A stretch of 64,000 nucleotides of DNA from Candidatus Latescibacterota bacterium (GTDB taxonomy: Bacteria > Latescibacterota > UBA2968): NCBI GenBank assembly GCA_965204375.1, contig OZ241986.1, forward strand, positions 4,416,001 through 4,480,000, written 5' to 3'. A program made the translations under genes and the position numbers. The notes beneath the pieces were generated by a model. That model saw only the letters and a list, made by a program, of their open reading frames with translations, was not told the DNA's origin and made no database searches. Shown in pieces: positions 1-13,128 of the stretch; the first letter of the stretch is position 1, and the number at the start of each line of letters is the position of its first letter.

Positions 1-101
1 TGAAACGGCATATAGCTCGTTTCGGGATTATAGCTCTGGAATTTATCTCTGATACACTTCTTGAGCATTTCTGCAATCATCACCTTTTGATACGTGTGCA
101 T
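1..101 (-). CDS. 5' end of a type II restriction endonuclease, TdeIII/MjaII-like (runs off the window edge)
   Basis: Manual translation from ATG 101: MHTYQKVMIAEMLKKCIRDKFQSYNPETSYMPF. Resembles TdeIII-family N-termini from memory and lies directly downstream of the methylase. Confidence 0.6.
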   Translation of the reverse strand, partial: MHTYQKVMIAEMLKKCIRDKFQSYNPETSYMPF

Positions 102-105
102 GTTT

Positions 106-1686
106 TTAATCCTCTTTTTCTTTTAGATGAAATATGGTCTCCGAATACGCCGAAGCCCTGTTTTTTTCCGTACGATTCAAGACGGGACGTTTATACTGTT
201 CGACAATATGCATCCCAACCTTATCTGCGATAGTGGGATACATATTAAATTGGTCATTTGCCACGAGAAACACATCGTAGTCCTTCGCTAAAAACCGCTT
301 GCAATTGTTTAACACATCCGACACGCCTTGAATATACGATTCTCGCGCCGCTCTTCCTTTCCCCTTAAATAGAGGGCCGATCTCCGCCTCATCGCGTCTT
401 TGAAACCCGAATAGATCATAGGCATAGGCGTGCTGTTCGTGATAGTTGATCAAACCGACATACGGCGGACTTGAGAAAATCCCCTTTATTCGTTGCGTCT
501 TCGTGAGTTTTGCGAAATGCGGATTTGCCTGCCTGACCGCAGCGAAAATGTCGATGGTGCGAGAATCCCCTGCCACGCAGTGTTGAAATGTATCTGTTTT
601 TAATGATCGAAACGCCTCCCATCGCTGTATGCTATCCTCGCAGTATCGCTTCCACCAACCTGAAATGGAAAATAGCGGCTTGCAGATTTTGCCGTGCTTT
701 CGGCAATAGTACGCGGTGGTCACCGGGGTTTTTAAGGTGCCCAAATCCGCATGGGTTGTTGCCCTGCACGACCGGATAGTTCGACTCAAAATCAGCATCA
801 GAGCATTTTGAATTGCTTTGTCTTTGACGTCTTGAATCAGACTGTGAACAAGATCGATTTCTGCCCGAATACTCGGCAAATACCATCGTGTTAGGAAGCG
901 ATCAGTATCGGCTGGTATATGTAAATCAATTTGATAGTCTGCAACAAGTTGGCGATACGCGGGCAAAAAATCGGCTTCGCGCTCGCGGCCATACTGTTTT
1001 TGATCGATTTGACCGGCTCTAGCTGCGTGTTTAAAAGCCAAAGAGAAATGCTTGGCATTGAAGGTAGTGAGTTGTTCCGCGAGTTCCGTTTCAAATGCCG
1101 AGATGTTGGAGCGAGACACAAAATGACTGAGCGCAGTCGCAATTTTTCGGCTTTCATCATATAAGGTGATCAAATGATAATCCGCGACTTTGGCGTTGCT
1201 GATCAAAGCGTTAAAAGTCGAAACATCGGTGCCAATGGCGTGTATGCCAAGTTCGTTGGCTTGAACCAATGTTGTCCCACTCCCACAAAAAGGATCGAGG
1301 ACAATATCACCCGGTTGAAAGTAGATATCTCGCTTAAAGTTGTCCGTATGATTACCTAAGAAATATTCAACCAACTGGGGAATGAATTTTCCTTTATAGG
1401 GATGCAATCGATGCACATGCTTTGTGGTTTCCGCTTCTTTAACGTCTTCAAAGGAAAGGTGCCAATTTAGATCGCTTCCAAGTTTTTCTTTCCAGTGGCT
1501 CTCTCGACGTTTTTGGTGCGAGGCGTAGTACTCAATCAAGCTTTCCTGGGGAATTAACTTGGCACCGTTTTTCATAACGCATTTAACTTGAGCGTACTGT
1601 ATTAAATATGAGATATTAGAAGGTGTAACGTTTTTATTTATGTGCTTCGATGCCCATTCGCTTGCTTGTTTAAGAGTTAAGAGCAT
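106..1686 (-). CDS. Amino-DNA methyltransferase (probably N4-cytosine) with N-terminal HTH-like extension
   Basis: SAM-binding motif DPFCGSGTT and catalytic SPPY motif. Start placed at ATG 1686 behind an AGAAAGGAG RBS. Confidence 0.85.
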   Translation of the reverse strand: MLLTLKQASEWASKHINKNVTPSNISYLIQYAQVKCVMKNGAKLIPQESLIEYYASHQKRRESHWKEKLGSDLNWHLSFEDVKEAETTKHVHRLHPYKGKFIPQLVEYFLGNHTDNFKRDIYFQPGDIVLDPFCGSGTTLVQANELGIHAIGTDVSTFNALISNAKVADYHLITLYDESRKIATALSHFVSRSNISAFETELAEQLTTFNAKHFSLAFKHAARAGQIDQKQYGREREADFLPAYRQLVADYQIDLHIPADTDRFLTRWYLPSIRAEIDLVHSLIQDVKDKAIQNALMLILSRTIRSCRATTHADLGTLKTPVTTAYYCRKHGKICKPLFSISGWWKRYCEDSIQRWEAFRSLKTDTFQHCVAGDSRTIDIFAAVRQANPHFAKLTKTQRIKGIFSSPPYVGLINYHEQHAYAYDLFGFQRRDEAEIGPLFKGKGRAARESYIQGVSDVLNNCKRFLAKDYDVFLVANDQFNMYPTIADKVGMHIVEQYKRPVLNRTEKNRASAYSETIFHLKEKED

Positions 1687-2162
1687 TTTTCTCCTTTCTA
1701 ATGAATCAATAGTATAAACTGTTTTAGGCGGCAAGAATACCATTACGAGCTATTTCACACATCAAGCCGTATGGACCTGATTTATACACACCCCTCAAAT
1801 ATATAAAAAACCTCCCTTTATCCTTGATAGTAGCAAAGCTACTTATACACGAGTTACTCATGAATAATCACAAGATAGAGGGAGAGGAACAATAGCGTGG
1901 TCAAAATTGCAGTTGCCGAAGTGAAGAACGGCATAGAGTCCTTTTAATTTTACCTCCTCTGCAGGGGTAAATATCTTCTTTCTTCTTTATTGAAAAAGAT
2001 AAAGCAATAATGTTCTAAATTCAAACATTTTTCTTGACGACTCTTGTTTGTCTCTGTCAGGTGTTTGAGATTCGGGCTATTGTATATATCCTCGCAAAAA
2101 AGGGATGCAAACAATCTTGCATCCCCTTATTATTAATGATAAAAAAATTACAACATCAGGAC

Positions 2163-2363
2163 TTAAAATAGATACTGATAAAACCACCGAGAATAGCGAG
2201 CAATAGAGCAAATTGCCAATAAAATAGTCATGCGACTTGCGAGATTACGCATATCCTGTCGATACTCTCTCTGATTCTCGATCATCATCTCTAACATACC
2301 TTCAAGTCGAGATTGACGCCTATCAACATCGTGAACTTGCCCTTCAACTTCCGTCGTAGCCAT
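2163..2363 (-). CDS. Small hypothetical coiled-coil protein with hydrophobic C-terminal part
   Basis: AGGAG RBS before MATTEVEG; downstream hairpin gggatgcaa-ttgcatccc at ~2102-2125. Confidence 0.4.
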   Translation of the reverse strand: MATTEVEGQVHDVDRRQSRLEGMLEMMIENQREYRQDMRNLASRMTILLAICSIARYSRWFYQYLF

Positions 2364-2589
2364 TTGGTTATCTCCTATTAAAAACACCCATCCGCCTCAC
2401 CCCGCTCTAAACGGAGCCAAATATGTTGTGACAAACAAATATAGCCAAAGGAACACTTGACGACAATCCAAATTTTTATGATGCTTTTTTGTTGTTTTGC
2501 CTGATAGACTGGATTGCGGCTAAAACCCTGCCGCAATGACAATCAAACCTCTGGTTAATAAACAAACTTTTTTTCTAATCATACATCTC

Positions 2590-4575
2590 ATGGCACTCGC
2601 GCAACCCGTAAACAACACCGAACCCTTGCCCAATCGCGACCGCGTAACCGCGCGTTGCGTCCTGCTGGGATTGGGACTCGTCATAAGCGTGAACACCTGG
2701 CCCATCTACGGGCTATATGTCATCCACATCAACCAGATGGTCTTCAGCTACATGGCGATGGCACTCATGATCCCATTTGTAGTGCTATCGCTGGGGCTGA
2801 ACGTACTCTTGCGAAAATTCTGGCCCCGCGCCGCATTTTCTCCCCTCGAAATGGCCGTCGTATTCTCCATGGGATTGGTAGGCGCATTATTCCCCCTCAT
2901 GAATTTCACCGGCCTGATCATGGGGCACCTCGCAACCCCCTATTATTTTGCCTCGGCACAAAATCGGTGGTCCGAATTTCTCCATCCCCACTTGCCGCGC
3001 TGGTTATTCCCCACAGATGACAACGGCGCCATGCGCCTCTTCTTCGAAGGTTTGCCGCCCGGCCATGCAATACCGTGGGAAGTCTGGATCGTCCCCCTAT
3101 TCTGGTGGTTTGCATTTGCAGGCGCAATCATCTGGACCTGCCTGTGTATCGCCGTAATTTTGCGACGACAGTGGGCCGAACACGAAAAACTACCCTTTCC
3201 CGCGGCACAGGTCGCGCTGGAACTCGTACGAGAAGAAAACAAAAAAATATGGCCCCCGCTGGTGGGACGCCCGGCATTCTGGATCGGCATGGCAATTCCA
3301 CTCACCGTAATATGCTGGAATATCTTATCGTATTTCATGCCCGACTTCCCAAAAATACCCATCACGCGAGCGGGCGACGGCGTCACATTCTTGCATATCA
3401 GCCGATACATCCCAGATCGGTACTTTTATATCGGAATACAATTCTTCATCGCGGGATTTGCCTACTGGACCAGCCTGGACGTACTATTCTCAATCTGGTT
3501 TTTTTACTTACTCGTCGTAGCCGAAGTCTATACCTTTAACCGCATCGGATACACCATTGGAACACCCGGCTTGTGGTCCTCAACACACGCGGCCAATGCG
3601 TGGCAGGCATTTGGCGCACTCGCCTGTATGCTGTGCCTGGGATTGTGGATGGGACGCGAACACCTCAAAGGCGTATGGCACGCCATCAGAGGGCGAAAAA
3701 AATTAGACGACGCCGAAGAACTCATGTCCTACCGCACCGCGGGCATAGGTGGCCTGGTCGGATTGTTATTCATCATCGGATGGCTACACACCGCGGACAT
3801 GGCCTGGTATGTGATTATCCCCTTCTTAATCGGTATGGGCATATTGTATGTCGGCATAGCCCGGGTCATAGCCGAAAGCGGACTCGTGTATTTGCGCGGA
3901 TCCATGATGCCCCCAACCTTCGCCCTCTACACCCTCGGCTCGGCGAATATCCCGGCGGCGAGCATGGCAAACTTCGCGTTCTCCTTCGCGTATTTTACAG
4001 ATGCCAAAAGCCTCGCCATGGCCAGCATGGCGCATTGCTCGTGGATCACAGCAGCCATAAAAGGACGCAAACGCATGGTCGCAATTGCCCTCGTATTAGC
4101 CGGCATTGCAGCCGCCATCTCATCAGTCGCATTCACACTGTATCTGGGCTATGAAACAGGCGCGTATAACTTCCGAGCATTTGAATTTCGCACACACCCG
4201 CGGATCTTCGATTACTGGATCCGACAGATGCAAACCTTTAACCCGCCCGACTGGAAGAGAATTGGCTTCTTCGGCTTTGGCGCGGCCGGAATGGCGCTAT
4301 TGACATTCCTGCGGTATCGCGTATCCTGGTGGCCCTTGCACCCGGTCGGATTCGCCATCATGGAAACCCAAGCCGTGCGGGGAACGATCTTCACGATCTT
4401 TCTCGTATGGCTGTGCAAATTGCTCATCCTGCAAATTGGCGGCATCGCCCTATACCGCAAAGGCCAGCCCTTATTTCTCGGTATCCTCGTCGGATTCATC
4501 CTCGGCGTGGCAATCTCGGCAACAGTAGATACCATCTGGTTCCCCGGCAGCGGGCACTCGGTTCACCATTGGTAA
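2590..4575 (+). CDS. Polytopic membrane protein, DUF6785/DUF6784-like (OPT-transporter-like)
   Basis: Many TM segments with QWAEHEKLPFP, RVIAESG and WWPLHPVGF signatures; start could be 2536 or 2590. Confidence 0.65.
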   Translation: MALAQPVNNTEPLPNRDRVTARCVLLGLGLVISVNTWPIYGLYVIHINQMVFSYMAMALMIPFVVLSLGLNVLLRKFWPRAAFSPLEMAVVFSMGLVGALFPLMNFTGLIMGHLATPYYFASAQNRWSEFLHPHLPRWLFPTDDNGAMRLFFEGLPPGHAIPWEVWIVPLFWWFAFAGAIIWTCLCIAVILRRQWAEHEKLPFPAAQVALELVREENKKIWPPLVGRPAFWIGMAIPLTVICWNILSYFMPDFPKIPITRAGDGVTFLHISRYIPDRYFYIGIQFFIAGFAYWTSLDVLFSIWFFYLLVVAEVYTFNRIGYTIGTPGLWSSTHAANAWQAFGALACMLCLGLWMGREHLKGVWHAIRGRKKLDDAEELMSYRTAGIGGLVGLLFIIGWLHTADMAWYVIIPFLIGMGILYVGIARVIAESGLVYLRGSMMPPTFALYTLGSANIPAASMANFAFSFAYFTDAKSLAMASMAHCSWITAAIKGRKRMVAIALVLAGIAAAISSVAFTLYLGYETGAYNFRAFEFRTHPRIFDYWIRQMQTFNPPDWKRIGFFGFGAAGMALLTFLRYRVSWWPLHPVGFAIMETQAVRGTIFTIFLVWLCKLLILQIGGIALYRKGQPLFLGILVGFILGVAISATVDTIWFPGSGHSVHHW

Positions 4576-4581
4576 AATAAA

Positions 4582-4836
4582 ATGAAAAACCCCAACACTC
4601 ACAAACCCTCATCCCTCGCCCAGGCCTATCGCAGCGTCGGACCTTATTTAACCTTGGGCATTCAATTTATCGTGACAATATTGCTATGTGTATTTGCGGG
4701 ACACTGGGCAGATGGCAAATTTGACACCTCGCCTCTGTTGACTTTAATCGGAGGTCTAATAGGCATTGCCGCGGGATTTTACCACTTCTTTAAAGCCGTC
4801 TTAAAAATGGACCGCAAATCGGAGGAAGACACGTGA
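4582..4836 (+). CDS. AtpZ/AtpI family protein
   Basis: Two TM helices with GHWADGKFDTSP; first small gene of the atp cluster. Confidence 0.8.
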   Translation: MKNPNTHKPSSLAQAYRSVGPYLTLGIQFIVTILLCVFAGHWADGKFDTSPLLTLIGGLIGIAAGFYHFFKAVLKMDRKSEEDT

Positions 4837-5222
4837 GGTCTTTTGTCAAACAAATTACTGTAGTCTTATTGGCCGCGTGGGTCCTCGGAGGGTACCCGCT
4901 CTACCTGTGGCAAGGAACAAATGTACTCATCGCCGCAGGGGTTGGTTGTGCGATTTGCACCTTGAATGCACTCGCCGGTGCCTATCTCGCACTGTGGGGC
5001 ATGCGCCGGGATAACCGCACATTTATGACCGTCGTATTCGGCGGAATGGGGATTCGCCTAATTATTGTACTCATTTTCTTTTTTGTCGCCTTAAAATTAG
5101 TCAAACTTCACGTTTTTAGCTTGACTCTTTCACTATTTTTATTTTATGTAGTATTTCAGATTTTAGAGATTCGGTTCTTCGTCGGGCGCCCGCCCGACAA
5201 AGCCAATAATTCAGGAGTCTGA
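4833..5222 (+). CDS. ATP synthase protein I-like membrane protein
   Basis: Four TM helices, directly upstream of atpB; GTG start. Confidence 0.7.
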   Translation: MRSFVKQITVVLLAAWVLGGYPLYLWQGTNVLIAAGVGCAICTLNALAGAYLALWGMRRDNRTFMTVVFGGMGIRLIIVLIFFFVALKLVKLHVFSLTLSLFLFYVVFQILEIRFFVGRPPDKANNSGV

Positions 5223-5225
5223 CGG

Positions 5226-6023
5226 ATGGCAGCACAGGCAGAGGAGCAAAGCAGCGGCAGTTTTATCCTCGAGCATATCACAGACCATCACGAGCTTCAC
5301 CTCGGTCCACTCCATATCCCCCTTCCCCATATTGAGCTTTTTGGCGTTGATATGTCCATCACCGGCCACCTGGTCATGATGTGGGTCGCCTCTCTATTAC
5401 TCATTCTCACCCTCATCATTTCCACAAAACGACGCGGACTCATACCCTCGGGCTTTGCCAATGCGATTGAAGCCATCGCCATATTTATCCGCGATGACGT
5501 CGCCGTGCCCAACCTGGGAGAGCGGGACGGGCCGAAATACATGCCGTTTTTAATGACGGTCTTCTTCTTTATCCTCTTCTGCAATCTATTGGGATTAATA
5601 CCCTTTGGACAAACCGCAACCGGCAATATCAATGTCACGGCCACGCTGGCGGGCATCTCGTTTGCAATGATGCTCGGTGCGGGAATCAAACACAACGGCC
5701 TGTTCGGCTTTTTCAAAGGCTTGATCCCCCCCAATTTGCCAATTGCATTGCTGCCGCTCATGATCCCGCTGGAATTTCTGGGCCTCTTGACCAAACCATT
5801 TGCACTGTGCATTCGTCTCTTTGCCAATATGCTGGCCGGTCACGTCGTAATATTGTCTTTGATCGGCATCATTTTTATTCTCGGTTATTTTGTCGCCCCT
5901 ATCTCCATTGCCTTTGCACTGGCAATGTACATGTTGGAAATTTTCATAGGTTTTCTTCAAGCTTATGTATTCACGCTCCTGACCGCCCTGTTTGTGGGCC
6001 TGTGTATTCATCAGGAGCATTGA
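5226..6023 (+). CDS. atpB: F0 subunit a
   Basis: ALCIRLFANMLAGH with the conserved Arg; FLQAYVFTLL. Confidence 0.97.
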   Translation: MAAQAEEQSSGSFILEHITDHHELHLGPLHIPLPHIELFGVDMSITGHLVMMWVASLLLILTLIISTKRRGLIPSGFANAIEAIAIFIRDDVAVPNLGERDGPKYMPFLMTVFFFILFCNLLGLIPFGQTATGNINVTATLAGISFAMMLGAGIKHNGLFGFFKGLIPPNLPIALLPLMIPLEFLGLLTKPFALCIRLFANMLAGHVVILSLIGIIFILGYFVAPISIAFALAMYMLEIFIGFLQAYVFTLLTALFVGLCIHQEH

Positions 6024-6287
<264 letters not shown>

Positions 6288-6325
6288 ACCGCGCGAACCA
6301 AACGCGGTGAAAGAGAGACATAACA

Positions 6326-6820
6326 ATGGATTTGTTGAGTCCAAACCCCGGCTTGATCATCTGGACGCTCGTCACATTTGTGCTCGTGTTGCTCGTCTTG
6401 AAGAAATTTGTTTGGGGACCGTTATTATCGGCACTCGACCAGCGAGAAACGCGCATCCGCGAAGCACTCGAGCAAGCCGATAAAGCGCGTGCCGAAGCTG
6501 AAAGGTCCGCCGAAGAGAACAAGCAGGCACTCGCACAGGCGCAGGCAGAAGCTCAGGCTGCAATTAACAAAGCGCGCGAAGACGCCGAGCAAATTGCCCG
6601 AGACGTGCAAGCACGCGCCGAAGCCGACGCCCAACAGCTTCTCGAACAGGCGCGTCGCACCATACAACAAGAGCGCAATCAGGCTCTCCAGACATTGCGT
6701 CAGCAAACAGCCGAACTGGCGATTCTCGCTGCCGGACAATTGCTGGAGGAAAATTTGGACGACGAGCACAACAAAAAAATCGTAGATGATTTCATCAACC
6801 GCATGCCAGAACATTCCTGA
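6326..6820 (+). CDS. atpF: F0 subunit b
   Basis: N-terminal TM (LKKFVWGP) followed by a coiled coil. Confidence 0.95.
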   Translation: MDLLSPNPGLIIWTLVTFVLVLLVLKKFVWGPLLSALDQRETRIREALEQADKARAEAERSAEENKQALAQAQAEAQAAINKAREDAEQIARDVQARAEADAQQLLEQARRTIQQERNQALQTLRQQTAELAILAAGQLLEENLDDEHNKKIVDDFINRMPEHS

Positions 6821-6829
6821 GTTCGGAAG

Positions 6830-6877
6830 GGGCAGGTTTCGAGCGGGGTACAACTGCGATAGCAGTTCAACCTGCCC
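6830..6877. repeat. Intergenic inverted repeat (gggcaggtt...aacctgccc), REP-like
   Basis: 9-bp arms between atpF and atpH. Confidence 0.45.
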
Positions 6878-6935
6878 GTACAAAACAAGCGTTCAGCTAA
6901 TAGCTAATTGCTGGTAGCTAACAAAGGATTTCCCA

Positions 6936-7475
6936 GTGAGCCAATCCGCCGTTTCCATCCGATATACCAGCGCACTGATCGACGCCGCGCAAGACAGCGG
7001 AGTACTGGATCGGGTTGAAGCCGATGTACAGGCATTATTGGACCTATTGCACGCCTCGGAAGACCTGCGGGGATTTGTCGCAGACCCGATGATGCGATCT
7101 GAACAAAAACGCGCGGTATTGAACAATTTGCTCGCCGGAAAAATCGAGGACGTGACCCTCAGATTTTTGCTCTTACTGTGCGATAATCGCCGCGAACGCG
7201 TATTGCCCGAATTGTTATCGGACTTCCTATCCGTATTGGAAGACCGCCGCGGTCAGGCCACGGCGCAGGTGACGGTTGCTGCCCCCCTGTCCTCTGAACA
7301 GGAAACGCAATTGATCGCAAAACTCTCGACCTATTCTGGCAAGCAGGTGAGATTGGAAACCACAATAGACGAACAATTAAAAGCCGGGTTTGTGGTGCGG
7401 CTCGGTGACCGTGTATTTGATGGCACACTGGCGACGCAACTCAATCGGTTGCGACAGCGCCTCGTGTCTGATTAA
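6936..7475 (+). CDS. atpH: F1 subunit delta
   Basis: RYTSAL N-terminus, [14 protein letters not shown]-terminus and operon position. Confidence 0.93.
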   Translation: MSQSAVSIRYTSALIDAAQDSGVLDRVEADVQALLDLLHASEDLRGFVADPMMRSEQKRAVLNNLLAGKIEDVTLRFLLLLCDNRRERVLPELLSDFLSVLEDRRGQATAQVTVAAPLSSEQETQLIAKLSTYSGKQVRLETTIDEQLKAGFVVRLGDRVFDGTLATQLNRLRQRLVSD

Positions 7476-7492
7476 AAGAAGGCAGGCAAAAC

Positions 7493-9010
7493 ATGGCGAC
7501 GAATTTGCAGATTCGCCCCGATGAAATTTCGGCACTGCTCAAACAGCAGATCCTGGACTCCAGGATTGACATAGACGTCTATGAAAGCGGCACCGTACAG
7601 CAGGTGGGCGATGGCGTGGCCCGCGTGCAGGGGCTGGGCAATGTGCAGACCAGTGAACTGGTCGAATTTCCCAACGGCATTATGGGGATGGCACTCAACC
7701 TCGAAGAAGACAACGTGGGCTGTGTGCTATTTGGCGATGACACACTAATCCGCGAAGGTGACGAGGCCAAACGCACCGGACGCATTGCCGAAGTGCCCGT
7801 GGGCGAAGCCCTCCTCGGTCGCGTGGTAAACCCACTCGGCATGCCAATAGACGGCAAAGGCCCAATCAACCCCGAAGCGACACTCCCCATTGAACGCAAG
7901 GCACCCGGCGTCATCGAGCGACAGCCCGTAACCGAAGCCCTGATGACCGGATTAAAAGTAATCGACTCAACCGTGCCAATCGGACGGGGACAGCGCGAAC
8001 TGATCATCGGCGACCGGCAAACGGGCAAGACGGCGATTGGCGTCGATACCATCATCAACCAGAAAAACAGCGATGTAAAGTGCATCTATGTCGCCATCGG
8101 GCAGAAAGCCTCTACAGTGGCCAAAGTCGTGGCCGAACTGGAGGCCAATGGCGCAATGGAATACACCATTGTCGTATCGGCCACAGCCAGTGAACCCGCC
8201 CCGCTTCAATTCCTATCGCCTTATTCGGGCTGCTCAATGGGCGAGTATTTCCGCGACAAGGGCGAACACGCGCTGATTATTTACGACGACTTGTCCAAAC
8301 AGGCGTGGGCTTACCGCGAAATGTCCCTGGTATTGCGCCGCCCGCCGGGGCGCGAAGCCTATCCCGGCGACGTATTTTATTTGCACTCGCGCCTGCTCGA
8401 ACGCGCCGCCAAAATGAGTGACGAACAGGGCGCGGGTTCTCTCACCGCATTGCCCGTCATTGAAATTCTGGAAGGCGATGTCTCCACCTTTGTGCCCACC
8501 AATGTGATATCGATCACCGATGGGCAGATCTTGCTCAAACCCGAATTGTTCTACGCGGGTATCCGCCCTGCCATGGACGTGGGCGCGTCCGTATCGCGCG
8601 TGGGCAGTTCAGCACAGACAAGCGCGATGAAAGCCGTTGCCAGAACCATCAAAGCCGACATCTCGCGCTACAACGAAGTCAAAGCTTTTGCGATGTTCGG
8701 CACAGAAGGCCTGGATGCCTCAACTCAAAATTTGCTGAACCACGGCGAAAAACTAATCGAAATCCTCAAGCAAGATCAGTATTCTCCGATGTCGCTGGAA
8801 GAACTCACCGTGGCACTCTTTGCCGCCAATCTGGCCGACGATCTGCCCACTCAAGACGTGCGGCGCTTCGAGCGAGAATTGCTGGCGCACATAGGCCACA
8901 GTGAGTTGATGGAAGAAATCCGCGAAAGCGAAGACTTGAGCGACGAAAATGCCGAAAAGCTCACAGAAATAATTGAAAACTTCAAACGCGGCTTCCGCGT
9001 TTCGGTATAA
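7493..9010 (+). CDS. atpA: F1 subunit alpha
   Basis: GDRQTGKT and [22 protein letters not shown]. Confidence 0.99.
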   Translation: MATNLQIRPDEISALLKQQILDSRIDIDVYESGTVQQVGDGVARVQGLGNVQTSELVEFPNGIMGMALNLEEDNVGCVLFGDDTLIREGDEAKRTGRIAEVPVGEALLGRVVNPLGMPIDGKGPINPEATLPIERKAPGVIERQPVTEALMTGLKVIDSTVPIGRGQRELIIGDRQTGKTAIGVDTIINQKNSDVKCIYVAIGQKASTVAKVVAELEANGAMEYTIVVSATASEPAPLQFLSPYSGCSMGEYFRDKGEHALIIYDDLSKQAWAYREMSLVLRRPPGREAYPGDVFYLHSRLLERAAKMSDEQGAGSLTALPVIEILEGDVSTFVPTNVISITDGQILLKPELFYAGIRPAMDVGASVSRVGSSAQTSAMKAVARTIKADISRYNEVKAFAMFGTEGLDASTQNLLNHGEKLIEILKQDQYSPMSLEELTVALFAANLADDLPTQDVRRFERELLAHIGHSELMEEIRESEDLSDENAEKLTEIIENFKRGFRVSV

Positions 9011-9028
9011 GAGAACAAAGGACCAGAT

Positions 9029-11265
<2,237 letters not shown>

Positions 11266-11270
11266 CAAAA

Positions 11271-11675
11271 ATGGCCACTTTTCAATTAGACATCGTAACA
11301 CCCGAAAAAACCGTGTACTCTGGCGAAATTGAGCATTTTCAAGCGCCGGGCGTTGACGGCAGCTTTGGCGTATTAGCACGCCACCAGCCCCTGCTGGCCG
11401 CACTCGGCATTGGTCGGGTCGGCTTCCGAGAAGCAGACGGCACCGAGCGCACCCTCGCCATCAGCGGTGGCTTCGCCAATGTATCGGGTGACGGTGCAAC
11501 AATCCTCGCAGAAGCCGCCGAATTTGGCGACGAGATCGACATAGAACGCGCCCGCGCCGCACGAGACCGCGCACAAGAGCGATTGGACAACCGCACGCCA
11601 GACGTAGATGTAGAACGCGCACAAGCTGCACTGGGACGGGCATTTATGCGCCTGCGCGTGTCAGGTGTGGAATAG
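11271..11675 (+). CDS. atpC: F1 subunit epsilon
   Basis: IVTPEK, GSFGVLARH and ISGGFA. Confidence 0.96.
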   Translation: MATFQLDIVTPEKTVYSGEIEHFQAPGVDGSFGVLARHQPLLAALGIGRVGFREADGTERTLAISGGFANVSGDGATILAEAAEFGDEIDIERARAARDRAQERLDNRTPDVDVERAQAALGRAFMRLRVSGVE

Positions 11676-11697
11676 CGGTTTTAAAAATAGGAATGAG

Positions 11698-11730
11698 AAA
11701 GCACGCTCTGTTTAGAGCGTGCTTTTTTTA
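11698..11730 (+). terminator. Intrinsic terminator of the atp operon
   Basis: aaagcacgctct-gttt-agagcgtgc followed by a T tract. Confidence 0.85.
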
Positions 11731-12034
11731 TCTGAACAAGAGACGATCAAATTCCGATCACAGCAGATAAATCTCCATAAAACCCGATCTCTATAACTTC
11801 AAAGATCGGATTGGTAAGCAGTATCACGGTCAAACAGCTACAGTCACAGCGCAGTGGAAGTATGACATCGTGGGGCATGCCACGCGGTTGAGTAGTCCTT
11901 ATAAAAATCGCTCACCAGGCTCACTTACCCTGCAAATGTCACATGTAGGAGACAGTTGGTTGGTGAGCGACTTTCGCGGTTTGGTCAATGGGTTGAAAAC
12001 CGATGTGACAAGCCGCTAAATAGCGGAGGTTGCC

Positions 12035-12613
12035 ATGAAGTGCTTTCGGTGCATTCTGCTTGCGTTTTGCATCCTGAGTTGCGGCGATAAGAGCACAGGG
12101 CCAGAACCAGAACCTCAGTATAAAGAACTGAGTTATGAGAACCTCGCTGGTTTTTGGACAGGATATTCAAACCTGTCATATTTCCTGGGCACCCGTGCAG
12201 ATAGTTCTTTCCGTTATATCGAGTCGAATTATGTATTCTTTAGATTTTATGAGCAATTCCGTGGAAAATATTTCCTCAATGATCCGTACATTGGTATAAG
12301 AGGCACATTCAGTATCGGACGTCTGAGAGAGAATCCCGAGGATCGGTATTATTTGTACCTGGCGAGACTCACTGATAGTATTCACGTAAGAGGTGCTGTG
12401 CCTCATCCTGTCGATGTCCTCACACTTCGCAGTGTGCCCGAGGCCTCTCTTCGGGAGATACTGAATTTACCCGATACGACAGGTGTCACACCTGTTGTAA
12501 TGGCAATGAGTGCAGAGGAATTCGCATCTTTTTTGGATTCTCTCAAAACCAATACCAGAGGAAAAATCATCCAAGCAGATAACCCTTTTCAGCTCGTAAA
12601 ATACAGGCAATAG
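12035..12613 (+). CDS. Hypothetical lipoprotein
   Basis: Signal peptide with lipobox ILSC, then GDKSTGPEPEP; GGAGG RBS. Confidence 0.7.
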   Translation: MKCFRCILLAFCILSCGDKSTGPEPEPQYKELSYENLAGFWTGYSNLSYFLGTRADSSFRYIESNYVFFRFYEQFRGKYFLNDPYIGIRGTFSIGRLRENPEDRYYLYLARLTDSIHVRGAVPHPVDVLTLRSVPEASLREILNLPDTTGVTPVVMAMSAEEFASFLDSLKTNTRGKIIQADNPFQLVKYRQ

Positions 12614-12805
12614 CATAGATTCTGCTCTTTTTTTATCTGTATAATACCTGAAAGGAAAAATATGAAAATCACTTCTGAATTAAAAATCAAGGTTCGAACT
12701 CAGATTTTGAGTATGGCAAAGCTGGTTTTTTGTGTTGGGCTTCTGTGTCGCAAGTCATCAGATCGATACTTCACGCTGGCGCGAGGTGTAATTTAAGATG
12801 GTTCG

Positions 12806-12834
12806 TTGACACTTTTTGGGCTTTAGGCTATATT
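12806..12834 (+). promoter_or_regulatory. sigma70 promoter, partial copy of the cassette repeat
   Basis: TTGACA-17 bp-TATATT. Confidence 0.75.
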
Positions 12835-12882
12835 GCACAAAAGATCTCTTTCGACCTTATGCACATCCAAGAGGGGACGGCA

Positions 12883-13107
12883 ATGGCTACTCTAACAGAT
12901 CGTATCACGGTCAATCCCAATCAGTGCGGGGGACGGCCCTGTATTCGAGATATGCGGATTCGCGTAACTGATGTGCTGGATCTGCTCGCTCACGACTTGA
13001 CGCGTGAACAAATTCTATCAGAGCATCCAGACCTTGAACCTGAGGACATCCGTGCCTGTCTGCGATTTGCCAGTGATCGGCTTAACCATCCGGTTCTCGC
13101 TGCATGA
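12883..13107 (+). CDS. DUF433 family antitoxin-like protein with no adjacent toxin
   Basis: RITVNPNQCGGRPCIRDMRIRV...PDLEPEDIRACL. Confidence 0.85.
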   Translation: MATLTDRITVNPNQCGGRPCIRDMRIRVTDVLDLLAHDLTREQILSEHPDLEPEDIRACLRFASDRLNHPVLAA

Positions 13108-13128
13108 TCCTAAGGATAAGAATTAAAC

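Noticed and set aside
11908-11970. Inverted repeat tcgctcacca...tggtgagcga as an ncRNA or riboswitch
   Set aside because: Single stem with no family motif I can recognise; an Rfam search would be needed.
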